Source of the DNA: Lama glama
Lineage: Eukaryota
Direction: 5' to 3'
Length of the DNA stretch: 64,000 nt
Assembly (NCBI GenBank): GCA_028534125.1
Contig: CM052816.1
Span: 39,372,001 to 39,436,000, forward strand
In this document: piece by piece, positions 13,192-25,592 of the stretch
How positions within the stretch are numbered: the first letter of the stretch is position 1
Layout: every line of letters begins with the position of its first letter
Notes under the pieces: model-generated
Database searches by the model: none
What the model was told of the DNA's origin: nothing
The model's input: the letters and a program-made list of their open reading frames with translations, nothing else
Program-made: the position numbers and the translations under genes

Positions 13192-13791
13192 TGTAGTAGG
13201 CAGAATAATGCCCTTCCCCACCCCAAAATGGCATGTCCTAAACCCCAGAACTCATGAATATGTTACCTTTACATGGCAAAAGGGACCTGACAGGTGTTAA
13301 TAAGGGTACTGATCTTGAGATGGGAAGATGATCCGGGATTAGCTGGGTGGTCCCAATTTAGTCACTTGAGTCCTTAAAACAGAGAACCTTTCCTGACTGG
13401 GTTATGGAGATGAGTTAGGAGAAGGAGTAGCAGCACGAAGCATTAGGCTTGATTTGCTGTTGCTGGCTTGGAAAATGTGAAAGGGGACTATAAACTCAGA
13501 AGCAGGGGCAGTTCCTAGAAGCTGGGAAGGCTCTCAGCTGACAAATACCAAGGAATCTGGGATCTTGACTAGCAACTGTGAGGGACTAAATTCTGTCGGT
13601 GACCCAAATGAGGAGGAAATGGATCCTCCTGTGGGACCTCCTGAAAAGACATGGCTCTGCCAACACCTTGGCTTTTGCTCCATGAGACTCCTGTTGGATT
13701 TCTGACCTCCAGAGCTGTAGAATAGTAAATTTGCATTGTTTGAGCCACTAAGTTGGTTGTGATTTGTTATGATGCAGTAGAAAACTAATAC
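13192..13791 (+). mobile_element. MaLR solo LTR (MLT1D/E-like)
   Basis: Starts 'tgtagtaggcagaataatg', has 'ttctgacctccagagctgta', ends 'gcagtagaaaactaatac'. Confidence 0.9.
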
Positions 13792-14115
13792 CTTTTTCTG
13801 CCCCATCCCATGAGAGGGACATGACACTCTCCCATCAGTGATCTTTTGCTACAGAAATTCTGTTCTCAGACTTGAACATTGAACTTCTTTGTCTTTCTGA
13901 TCACACAGATTTACATATGCATCCTAATATATAAAAAGCTAAATAAACCACTTTAATTTTCTCAATATTTAAGTATGAATTATAATTTAAGAAGATGTAC
14001 CATTCTTGTGGTTTGTCATGCTTGATTGATGGCTTGCTAAGGTCCTGACCTTGCATTCATATAATTAAATGCAATCAGTATTTACATTGTGGTCATGCCA
14101 CTGATACCTCTGCTA

Positions 14116-14140
14116 ACAACAACAACAACAACAACAACAA
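14116..14140. repeat. (CAA)n microsatellite
   Basis: About 8 CAA units seen directly. Confidence 0.9.
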
Positions 14141-15742
14141 AAAATGTATTCTGAAGATTTGGTATTTAGTTTTGCTCCCAGAGGATTTTATATAAAGGTT
14201 CTGAACTTTACATTAGAAGGTTTGTTTGTCTTGTCAAGCTGAAGTGTGAAGTCCTTATTGGGTAAAGCACAATAAAGCCTTGAACAGTACTTTACGTTTT
14301 ATTTAAAAAAAAAAAATCACACTTAAAAAATACCAAAATTCCAAACCTAACACTTCACTTGAATACTTTGTATTAATAAATTTTCTTTGGAGAGACTTTC
14401 TTAACTCAAATTTGAACAATATAACAATCAGAACTACTGTGAAAAATAATCCATTGTTATAGCCATAGACAAAAGACAGGAAGAAGAGATGTTTTTCTAA
14501 ATCATCTAATATTCTAGAAATACATTTTGCTATTGTAATCAGTAGAAATAGATACAGAAAAGTTGAACTTCCTTATGAAAAAATATCTTGAACATCTGAT
14601 TTTAAAAAACAAGTTTTGGGAAGATGGCAGAGATCTATTTTTATCTAAGTATAGACAATACATAAAGCTAATTTTTTAATATAAGAGGAACTCATTTATA
14701 AGGAGTGTGTTCAGTGGCCCAGCACTAATTCTAAATCTTGACTTTAAGTCATATCATTAAAACAGACTACTTGGATATTACATTATGATGTCTTTATTTG
14801 CTGTTTTCTGTTTCTTTCTGATAAATATGCATAACAAACACACGTGATAAGCACATCCGTGGTTTTTTTCCATTCTGTAGCTCACTAGTGTCCAGGAATA
14901 TATAGAAATACCTATGAACTGTGGTGCGGTTCTTCTGCTCATCTGCTGTCACATTTGTGCCAAGTACTCTTCCCCTTGCTGGTGACATCGCCTAGTATGC
15001 CTTGGTCATAGTGCAGTGTAATTAATTTGAATTTAGTAAGCAGATTGCTTACTGGCCTTATGCAATGAGCAAAATTCTATGTCCACAGTATGGGCTTTGA
15101 CCCTCGCCTTCAGGAGCACATGTGAGCTCAAGAAATGTCCAGTGATACTGACAATGAAGATGATGGTCATGGAGTGACTCTCTTGTGTAGGTAATTGCTT
15201 TTCTTGAATAAGAGTTACTGTAAAAGGTATATTCAGTATACAGAATGAAACTCACATTTTTCTTTTGGAAATATTCTTATGACCTTTTGCACTAAGAAAG
15301 TTAAAATGATAATCACTATAAACCAGGAGGATTATGGTCCTTCTCTTTGCCACAAGGTTTTCAATCTACTGCTATGAGTCCTGTCTCCTCTTTTTCATTA
15401 GTAACCCCAGTATGTCATTAAGTACATATTAAGTATTATATTTTTAACCTTCACAAAAATCAACAAAATACACTACCTCTATGCCTTACTGAATCTTCAC
15501 TATAACACACATCCTGTTAGTGATCACAACCCTTCTGTGTTGCTTTCTCAAAATGCTTTTAATGCTCAAAGTCAAAATACCAAGCTTTCAAATGTCAGTG
15601 TACAAGTGCATAGAGCTTCTGTTTCTGTTTGGGAAAATGCATTTTTGAATGTGTGGATTAGATTTCTTGTATTCTTCAGTTAAAGTGCAGTAGTCCTGTA
15701 TAATATAGTCATGTTTACTTCACTCCAATCTTTACACTGGTT

Positions 15743-15890
15743 TAGGCTTGCTAGATAAAATACAGGGAACCCAGCCAAACTTAAATTTCAGATAAACAAC
15801 AAATAATTTTAGTATGTTCCATGCAATGCAATTTGGGATATTCTTGTATTAAAAAGTGTTGTTTATCTGAAATTCCAGTTTGGCTGGAAT
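15743..15890. mobile_element. MER53-type palindromic MITE (hAT)
   Basis: 'taggcttgctagataaaatacagg...aatttcagataaacaac...gttgtttatctgaaattc'; arms 15771-15800 and 15858-15887 are reverse-complementary at 28/30. Confidence 0.85.
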
Positions 15891-16611
15891 AAACCATACT
15901 CCAATTGCTAGTTCATAAATGTTTCCTAAATGAGTGATAGAACACTTTTCTGCTTGTTTTTCTTCAGTGTAAGGTGCTTAATTATATCACAACGTATAAT
16001 TACTACATTTTCTCATGAAATGTTAGAGAAATAATTATAGGTTTCAAGGTAACATGGGATAGTTGTTAACTATTTGACTTGACACACCAGCCCCACAATA
16101 AAACTGCTGTGTTCAGAGGTCAGTTTCTAAAAATATGTAACAACTGAGTAACTTATGCAGGACAGATAAAGTGTTGAAGTAGAAGTGACCCATCAAATGA
16201 GACAGTTGTACTTGGTCATTCTGTCCCTGCAGCCTGACTCCCCAGGGAGTTCCCCACAACCACTCAGTGTCCTGGACCTCATCTCACTATGCTGAGCCTA
16301 CAGGTGTACTATGTTTAGGGTAGTGTGAGTACATGTGTGTGTAGGAGGGTGTTTGTTTAGTCTAAGTTGGGAAGGAACTGAAGAAAGCCTTGGAGTATGG
16401 AGAGCACATCATGGTTGCTGGTGCTCACCAGGTGAGGGGCTGGACTCTGAGAAGCCAAAAATCTGATGAACAGCAACTTAGGGCAGTGGGTCTGGGTGAT
16501 GGGTGGTGCCAGCTCAAGAAGGGGAGGCTGAGTATCCTGTGGGTGAAATTCATGAAGCTCCAGATGCTTTGAAAATGCCTTTGATTTTGAGCATCTTCTT
16601 CACAACTGGGA

Positions 16612-16738
16612 TTTTTGTTTTGTTTTGTTTTATTGACACGTATTTGAAAGACAGGACTTTATAGGTATAAGATGTATGGCACAACGACTTGACTTACATA
16701 TATTGTGAAATGATTACCCCTATAAGTTTGAACACCTC
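16612..16738 (-). mobile_element. Short L1 3'-terminal fragment
   Basis: T-rich tail, then 'tttattgac...tatattgtgaaatgattacc'. Confidence 0.7.
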
Positions 16739-17359
16739 TGCTGTTTCTAATTTTTGATAGCATACAAGTCAATTAAGATAATTTCAGTGATGCATTAAAG
16801 AATTCATTTATTTAATCGTTCATTCTTTCTTGGCTGAATCCGTGTTGAGGGAGGAGCATCCTAATCACTCAGCCTGCATTATTCTCTGTAGTATCTTGTC
16901 TGTTACTACATGGTCTAGCCCCCTGAGGGCTTTTGCCAACAGCTGTCTACCCACAAACTTGTGAACTGCTTTGAATCCATCTCTCTTGGATGCTGTCAAA
17001 AGTTACAAATAGTGGAGGTGGTACCTGAGCTGTCATGGGGGATTCAGTTACAGATATGACAGACCTTATTACAGTTATGTTCGATATTATTTTAATTCGG
17101 GCTCTATCCTTTTAGGCCAGTAGCAGGAGTGTTGGCAGGTAGGACAGTGGAAATGAAGTATCATGTAGATCTCAAAGAAGACCGTATGTTTTTAGGACTT
17201 ATGGATATTTAAAAACAGAACAGTATATGACCTAAGTAATCTAAAAGATTAGACTTATTAGCTCATGTCCTGAAATGACTTTTGCATGGTACAGAATTAG
17301 TCTACCACATTTTTTTTAACAAAAGTTTGATTTTAGTAAAATGATTTTATTTTAGTAAA

Positions 17360-17520
17360 TTCATTGAATATATTTATTAAATACAAAAAGGTACCAGGAC
17401 ACTGTACGGGGTGGTAGAAAACAGTGGTAGACAAAATTTTTACCATTTTAGAATTTATATTCTAATGAGGATTATAGTCAGTACATAAGTTAACATAGAA
17501 ATAAACTAAGTGGTAATAGC
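17360..17520 (-). mobile_element. L2 3' end fragment
   Basis: 'tcattgaatatatttattaaatac...ccaggacactgt' resembles the reverse L2 tail. Confidence 0.55.
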
Positions 17521-18664
17521 TGATACTGGACAGGAAACGTAGGTGCCGTATCAGAAAACAATGTGTTGTGTGTACATGATTGCTTTGTCAGGAGATCTAT
17601 GGCTCACTTTTAGACAGAAATCTTTTGGTATCAGACAGAAATCTGATCGAGATCTGTAGATACCTGATCAAAATGAATTCATGAATAGATATCCCAGAAT
17701 AAGTTTGCTGAGGGAAACATGAATTTCCAGTTCAATAATAAATGGTTATGACATACTTGGATATTTTTCATATTATTGCTTGTGCCCAGACCAAACAGTG
17801 TTGTGGTAACAATGCATAGAAAATGCAAGTAATAAACCCAGCGTAGAATAATTCACTATTATTATCTAATAGTTTGAAATTCCATAAATGTCAAGTAGAA
17901 AATCATCAGGATTTTTAGTGCATGATTAGAATATGGAGCAAAATACTTGATTTCCTGCATGAACACAAATCATTGCTTTTAAGTGACCTGAGCAACTTAT
18001 ATTTTTTTGTTGCAAACTGCTTTTCATATTGGCTACTCAGTTTTAAAATGGCAGTGTGTAATTGTCTTCATCGGGCTTAGACCTTTTCCTTAAGAAATGG
18101 TTTGAAGTATTTCCATCAGTCTTAAGCTTTGCATTTGCTTCATCTTTCAGTTCCATGTCAGCAATGACCTTGTCTTCAAGTTATATGAAAGAAGGAAAGG
18201 GCTGTTGAAAACCTTGTTTTTGTTCCAGAATTGCTGCAAATATGGAAAAATCTTTTACTGATTTATAGCAGGTTTCATATCAATGCAAGAAGCTATCATT
18301 TGTAGGCTTAATATTGTTATCAGTAACAACATGTATTTTGAGCTAAGTGAAAACGTCGGAAGCGGTTCTGGATACATATGAAAATGTTGGTAGCTTTGTA
18401 GGAGAAGGAGAATGTTGTCTTTGAAAATATTCTGCCAAATATAAATAAACATATTATTAAAAGGTAGAAAAAGTTGACAGCAAAAATATAAGCTAAAAAC
18501 ATTATTTTATGACTATGAAATTACATACAGTTTACTGCAAAAAAAAAGGCAACCTCAAGATGAAATAAAATTATACTTGAGAAGAATACAGAAAAAGCAT
18601 CTTTCTTAAAATTTTGTTGTTAAAGGGACTACTTTTAGGAAAATAGTCTTTAGATGTGTTATAG

Positions 18665-18810
18665 CTATTAGTACAATATTTATTTGTATTTATTGTGCCT
18701 GAGCAACATGGCAGTTGCATGGTAATTATTTTAAATACATCTTTTAGGTGAGACAGCTGACACCTACAGAGGTTAGGTGAGTTGACCAATGTCATAAAGC
18801 AACTCTGTGC
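18665..18810 (-). mobile_element. MIR fragment
   Basis: 'catcttttaggtgagacagctga...cagaggttaggtgagttgaccaatgtcata'. Confidence 0.55.
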
Positions 18811-19004
18811 TTGAGTTGGTAGATAATGTTTGGAGCTTTTTATGTGTACATGATTTCTGTAAAATGTGGTACGTTTTGCTGTTAGAGTGGCCCACATTCA
18901 TAACCTTTGAGGTAAGTAATGGGCCTTAATTACCCCTTTGGATCTTCCTGTCAATTATCTTCCTGTGTTAAGAGCCATTGGTGAATCCTCTGGGATATTC
19001 ATCA

Positions 19005-19185
19005 ACATCCATTTATTATGCTTTGTACCTGGCTGGTATTATGTTAATGCCAAATATTTTATATGCACTATTTTATCAAGTAAAATCCTGCGGAGTTAAC
19101 ATAATTCCCAATTTGAAATGAAGAAACTGAAACTAAGAAAATTACTAACCCAAAGTTACAGAACAATTAAATGGTAGAGATTGAA
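19005..19185 (-). mobile_element. MIR fragment
   Basis: 'attcccaatttgaaatgaagaaactgaaact...cccaaagttacag'. Confidence 0.65.
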
Positions 19186-19439
19186 AAAAAAAAATCAGCC
19201 ATCACACGCCAAAAGCTGATTACATGTGTTGATAGTATAATAATGATGGTTATTTCTGGGGGCAGAGTCTATCCTCTAGTAGCACTTGGGAAAATACAGA
19301 AATGAAATGTGATAATAGTTCTTTACTAAAACAGAGTCATGTCTTGTGAAATACATAAAATTTACCACTTGGCGACTATCAGTACAGTAATTAATTCAAG
19401 CAAGGCTTATCTTGATACTGTAACTAGTGTGTGAATATT

Positions 19440-20115
19440 TAATGATGAATAGGATTTTTATGCAGTTGTTAAGTATCTCCTACCAATTACAGGCTATTAA
19501 AGGGAAAAGTAACTTTATAGTGGTAAGAGCGGGGAACCACCAGCTTTGTGACAAACCTGTCTCCTGAGATAATGTACTGACAGAGATGCAACATCACTTC
19601 TCTGTATTCCTACCAAAATTGCGTAACCTAACTCTAAACAAGAGGAGCTATCACTTAAGCCCAAATTGAGGGATACTCAATAAAATTACTGGCACTTTTC
19701 AAAAATATTAAGGTCATTAATTGCAAAAAGAAAGCTAAGAGATTGCTCTTGATAAAGTAGTCAACATTTAATGTATAATCCTGGGTGGGATTTTAAACTG
19801 GGGAAAAATAGAACAGACGTTTTTGCCAGAGTATGTGAAAATTACATATGGACTATGCATTAGAAAATGGCATTCTATCAACATAAAATTTTCTGATTTT
19901 GACTTGTTTGTTTTATGAGAGGGAGGGAGGTAGTTAGGTCTCTTCATTGATTTCCGAATGGAGGAGGTACTAGGAATTGAATCCCTGACCTCTTGGGTGT
20001 TGAGCATGCACTCTACCACTTGAGCTATACCCTTCCCCCCAAATCTTCTGACTTTGATGATTATACTAGGTTATGTAAGAGAATGCCGTCGTTCACAAGC
20101 ATTTATGAGTAAAGT
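19440..20115 (+). mobile_element. Old L1 (L1MC-like) 3' region, interrupted by a SINE
   Basis: 'aaagggaaaagtaactttatagtgg', 'cccaaattgagggatactc', 'atcctgggtgggattttaaactgggg', 'ggttatgtaagagaatgcc'. Confidence 0.7.
19903..20040 (-). mobile_element. tRNA-derived SINE, camelid Vic-1 type
   Basis: Minus strand reads gggggaagggtatagctcaagtggtagagtgcatgc...ggattcaattcc (A and B boxes); TSD 19886-19902 vs 20041-20057 matches at 15/17. Confidence 0.88.
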
Positions 20116-23100
20116 GCCCGGAAGTTGCCCTTATTTAATTTAATTCTCCTTGTATTTACCTGCATTTAGCTGCATTTGCAGCACAACAGTTGTTAATATT
20201 TAAATGCCTATCGGTCTTTGCTACATTTTGTTTTCTCTTTAATTTACACTAAAAAGTAGTGAACCCTAAGTTTTCTGCGGTTTGTTGGATTGGAAATACA
20301 ATAGCAGGATCTGTGTTCCAGCATATGATATACAGGAGATAAAAGCTTAAGACACACAAAATAGACATCCCGGCTGCTGCATGAATCTGTCTAGAGAAGT
20401 TTGTTTTGCATTGTGGACGTTTATGTCGGTCAGCGTGTATTAGTCCTGTTGAGTTAGAGTCTTCTTTGTAATGTCCTTGATGACAGGCTGCTCTTCAGAA
20501 GGTAAATAATTGAATTCTACACTACCCTTCCGGTTTTCTTTTCTTCCCATGGGCATTTATAGGTATGTTATTTACAGCAAAATTTTATCTATTAGTTATT
20601 TATGTGACTCTTCCAATTTCCATCAGACGCAAGCAGTACCATGGAAATATATAGATTATATTATGATACATATCATTTGTTACACTAGAGTGTTCAATTC
20701 TTATTTTTTTTTTTGACGAGGCACAGATATTTTATCCTGAATTTCTTCCAATAAAGAAGAGACTTATAACATGACTCCAATGAAATTTGAGGTAAATATG
20801 AATAAAACTGCATCTTTCATAACCATAGTACAATTTAAATGAGAGTTGTTTAAATATCTTTACAACAAGTAAATTGATGGCTTATTTTAGGAGAGTATGT
20901 TATTAGGTCACAGATATTTTTAGACATTTTCATAGTATGTTTGATACTGCTAAATTTTACCTCACTGATGTATTTCAATATGTACAGTTAACATTAGTAG
21001 GTACATGATTCCACTTCAGAGACTACAAACTCATGCTCAACTTAATTTAAAACAAATTTTAAAATACTACATGTTTTTTTCCTCAGCTTTTTGTGGCATG
21101 TGTATGTGGAGAAGGGCAAAAGTTATTGGGTGTGCTTTTAAGTACATTTATTTTGTTAAAGAAAGAGGAACAGGAATATAACAACTATAATTAATGTTAG
21201 GGTAAGAGAGAAAAAACCACAGGGGCATGTATAGGTTAGGCAAGAATTGTAAAGTAACTTTGGGTCTGATTCTTCACTGCCAGGTCTGCAGGGTTCTACA
21301 TATGCTAGCGAACTTGCTAGAACTCTGGAGAAGACCCAGTCCCGACCCCATCGTGTCCTTCCCTATGCACTTTATGGTGCGAAATAGGAACATAACATTC
21401 ACTCATCTCCTCAGACATTGATTTTTCTGATGAGTTAGGTCAAACTATAAATGAGTCTTTTGTCAGAATATGGTGTTTAGTAAAAATACCCCAGGAAAGT
21501 TTGTAGTATAGTTGATACAGTTTCGGGGAGATAGATGTAGCAAGGGATACCACACAGAGTAACAGAAGAGAGAAAAACAGTTAAATTGGAAGGACAGGAC
21601 TTTTTAGCCACTAAAAATAAATACTTGTGTGGGGAAGGAGTCTATTGACCTTAGATAAATTACTTAAAAGAGAAAATCATAGTGTTATTAGCAAAAGAGA
21701 ATAAATTTGTCTTTGTCCCTCCTGAAGCTACTAGCAAGTTCTCTTTTCTTCTCTACAGAAAAAAACTTTTCAAAAACATTGCAGCGTATGTTCTAGGATT
21801 TGAGAATTTTTGTGGTTGAAAATTTGTACACAGTATTCAACTATCAAAAAATTGAGCATCTTTACTTTGTAGAGTTTGTCCCCCTTCCCTCTCATTCTTT
21901 ACTTCAAGAGTTAGTCTTGCTGAAGGCAGGTTAGGGGGAGAGTGGAAGGAAATAAACTTGTTATTTTAAAGAGTGTCGTTTGGATTAATCCATTTATATT
22001 ACAGCTTTTGGGTAAACATTCAGTGTTAGCAGTTCTTCTGTCTTCTGTGTTTCTAGTGAAAAGTAATCTTGGTAAAAGGAAATTTTTTTTTTTTTGTCTC
22101 TATTCTTGTCAGTGACTCTCTCAGCTATTTCTAAACTGTGTAAGCTCAGGGCTACTCCAGTGCTGGGGCTTGGGTGCAGAGATTCATAAATTGATTTGCA
22201 GAGTTCTCAATCCTCTAGAAACATTTTCTGACCCTGCTTGGTTCTCCCTAAGCTATTTGGGTGTATCACAGTCACTGCAACCCTGTTCTATAGGTAGTGG
22301 GAATGAAACAGTACGTGGTCTGACCCCTTTCCTCTAATTCCCCGTCCACTTCTTACTGGGTGGACATTTCACTTACACCTGTGGTGGGGAAGAAGGGATT
22401 GCTTGAAACAGGGCACTGATTAGGCTCTGCTCTGGGCGGTGAGAGCACAGTTCTGGCGGAGATGCAAAATGTCATCATTCTTTCCTTCTGGTACCTAAAA
22501 CCGTGAAATACTCTGGCTATAATTCTTCCTGTCTATTGGAGATGCACACAGTAGTGTGAGATGAACTGTGCTTGCATCCTCTAACCTCTCATTAAAGTAT
22601 AAAATAAAACTATTGTGAAATATCATGGTTTGCTTTTATATTAAAGAAGAAAATATTTTCAATGAAATAAGCAAAGTTTAAGAAAATTGCTTGCTAAGGC
22701 CACTTACGCTTTTTACTTCTACTTGTTATAGAAGAAAGGAAATTAAAATTTCAACAGCTTGCTTTTTTAAACAAAAGGTGTATCCTCAGCCAGGAAAATG
22801 GGTAAATCTAGAGATATGCTCAAGGAGTGTATCAAATTGTCAACTTGCCCTACACACAGTAACATCTTTTAATTTATCATTGGATTGAAAGTTCATTTTT
22901 GAATAACCTAAGAAGTAAAATTGCCTTTTTTTTGAGAATTTAATATAGTTTTCTAACCTTCAAAAATTAATACAGTACAGAATAAAATTTTGTTTATAAT
23001 TTTTTGCTATTTCAGTATATTGAGAAACTTTTTCCTTTTTGACATTTACAGTATCCCAGTATATATCTTAAATTCATGTATTTAGTAATCAAAACACTGC

Positions 23101-23136
23101 TTGTGAAGTACATCTAGTATTTTTGTCATTCTGTTA

Positions 23137-24810
23137 TTTTTTTTAATAGCTTTATTGAACTGTTTATATATTGTAAAATTCTATTGTAGGTATATAACTC
23201 AGTAATTTTAGGAAATTACAACTGAAAATCTCACATCCCAGGAACAATTTCTTCTGAGACAAATCCAAGTTGTTGGTTACTCTCTGCATTTCAATCATCC
23301 TAGAGAGGAGGGTATAGCTCAAGTGATAGAGAGCATGCTTACCATGCATAAGGTCCTGGGTTCAATCCCCAGTTCCTCTAAAAATAAATAAACCTAATTA
23401 CCTTCCCTCTACCCCCGTCAAAATAAAATAATTAAATAATACAATAATTTTAAAAAATGGAAAAATCGTCCTGAAAGTGGTCTCATATCTGTTTACAGTT
23501 AATCTCACTCCTATTCTCAGCCTTGGAAAGTCACTCCTCTGCTATTTATATAAATTTGCCTTTTCTAAACATTTCGTACAAAAAGAAACAATACTATTTT
23601 GTATCACAGTTTTTTTTTCACTTAGAATAATGTTTGTGAGGTTCTTCCATGTTGTAGCATGTATCAGTATTTCTTTCAATTGCTGAATTTTCAGTTTTAC
23701 AGAATACTTTTTTTTTCTTTTCTCCAACTCATCACTTAACAACCATTTGAATTATTTCCAGTTTGGACCCTTATAAGTAGTTAATGTTGCTGTGATAATT
23801 TGTAAATATGTCTTCATGTTGACATTGAAAAGTTTTCTCTTGTATAGATACCTAGAAGTAGAATTTCTGGGTTTATGATTCATTTTGAGTTACATTTTGT
23901 GTATGGTGTGGGTAAGGGTCTGTCTTCCTCTTTTCCTCCTCCCCTTTTTCTTTCTTGCTTGCAAATATTCAGTTGCCCCAGCATTATTTATAAAAGAATA
24001 CCCTTTTTCCATTACATCGTAGCGATATCTTTGTTGAAAACAAGTGACCTTAAAGTGAGGGTTTATCTATGGACTGTCAGTTCCAGTCCATTGATCTATG
24101 TGGTGTCAGTGCTCTAATTATACACTTCATTCCTGTGACTTTAAAATAAGTTGAAATGAAATACTATAATCTTTCACATGTAGTTTTTTAAATGTGTTTT
24201 AGGTATTCTAGTTCTTTTGCTTTTCCATATAAATTTTAGGTGAACTTTTCAATTTCTACAAGGAAGCCTGCTGAGATTTTGATAGAGATTGCATTGAATT
24301 TATAGATCAGTTTAGTGATACCTAAACTGTGACACTACTGAATCTTCCAATGAACTGGAAATGTCTCTCTACTTACTTAGATCTTTCTCTTCACAATGGT
24401 TTGTAATTTTCAGTATGTAAGTCTTATGCTGCTTTTGTCATCTCAAAGTAGTTTATTCTTTCTGATGCTAATATGAATAGAACTGTTTTCTAATTTCATT
24501 TCAGATTGTTTACTGCTAGTACATGGAGATAAACAGATTTTGAGTATTGTTCTTGTATCTTGTGAGTTTGTTTAACTCACTTATTAGTTCTAGTCATTTT
24601 TCTTCCCCCTCAGGATTTCCTACATGCATGATCATGTTACCTGCAAATGAAGATATTTTTTCCTTTTATCTTTCTGGTCTGGCTGCCTTTAATGTATTAA
24701 CTTAATTTTTAAAATATTTTCCACTGCCTAGGACCTTTAGTACAATGTCATTAGAAGTTGCCAATGTGGCTATCCTTGCTTTGTTCCAGATTTTAGTGGG
24801 AAAGTATTGC
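23137..24810 (-). mobile_element. Old L1 3' portion with an internal deletion near 23870, interrupted by a SINE
   Basis: T-run + 'aatagctttattga', 'gaggttcttccatgttgtagcatgtatcagta', 'gagattttgatagagattgcattgaatttataga'. Confidence 0.85.
23305..23457 (+). mobile_element. tRNA-derived SINE, camelid Vic-1 type
   Basis: 'gaggagggtatagctcaagtgatagagagcatgctt...ggtcctgggttcaatcccc', then 'aaataaataaacctaattacc' and an A-rich tail; flanks aatcatcct / aatcgtcct. Confidence 0.9.
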
Positions 24811-25439
24811 AGTTCCTTCTTGTCTTCATTGTTTCTTATGGGGTTTCGACCATTTCTTGTGTGAAGTCAGCCATTTATCTTATTGATGCTCCATGGATTG
24901 GTCTATTAAACATACATTTTCAAATTTGTTGGCATCAAATTTTTCATATTTTCATAACAAAAAAATAGATACTGAAACAAAGAACTAGTTTGGTATTGAA
25001 AATGAATAAGTTTGACTTAAGATTTATTGAACTTACATTTTAAGGGAAAAATAGGGTATGAGGGGGTGGGAAGGATTAATAGAAAAGGTGGGAAGTTAAG
25101 GACATTGGGGTGTTAAAAAATCCAGAGAGACTGTTAAGAAGGCTGGGCTGGAGAACCAAATTTAATACTAGAGGTTGTAAATTCAGTGATAAGGGAGAAA
25201 TAGACAGGAAAAGGCCCTAATGTTGTACACATTGGAAAAAGGAAGTGTTCTTAGCTCTGAAAATGTGTGCTTTTTAATTCCAGAGGGATTACAGTGATTA
25301 GGGCTTGAATAAAGAAAGAATAAAATATGGTATAGAAAATAAATAAAGGCCAAACATAATTTTTTGGTCAGGGACATAAATCAGAGAAGGCATTAAAGTT
25401 AAGATAGAGTTCTTTGATTTTGTTTTGTTTAATTATTAA

Positions 25440-25592
25440 GATATATATGTATTTTAAAAAGATATATATGTATTATATGATGATACATATATAATATATG
25501 ATGGATATGATATGTAAGATGCAATAATATAGATCTTGCATATATGACTTATGTATTATATATACAAATATATAAATGATATATATTATATC
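25440..25592. repeat. TA-rich low-complexity tract
   Basis: Degenerate (TA)n seen directly. Confidence 0.8.

Noticed and set aside
14881..14923. Possible exon encoding LTSVQEYIEIPMNC
   Set aside because: Weak donor (gtgcgg) and an unrecognised peptide.
18886..18911. 26-nt segment before a strong GAG|gtaagt donor
   Set aside because: Short, weak pyrimidine tract next to a MIR, with no other support.
21190..22560. GC-richer, LTR-looking sequence
   Set aside because: I could not assign a family or boundaries by eye; it needs a Dfam search.
23305..23385. tRNA-like sequence (also 19965-20040)
   Set aside because: These are SINE heads with tails and TSDs, not tRNA genes.
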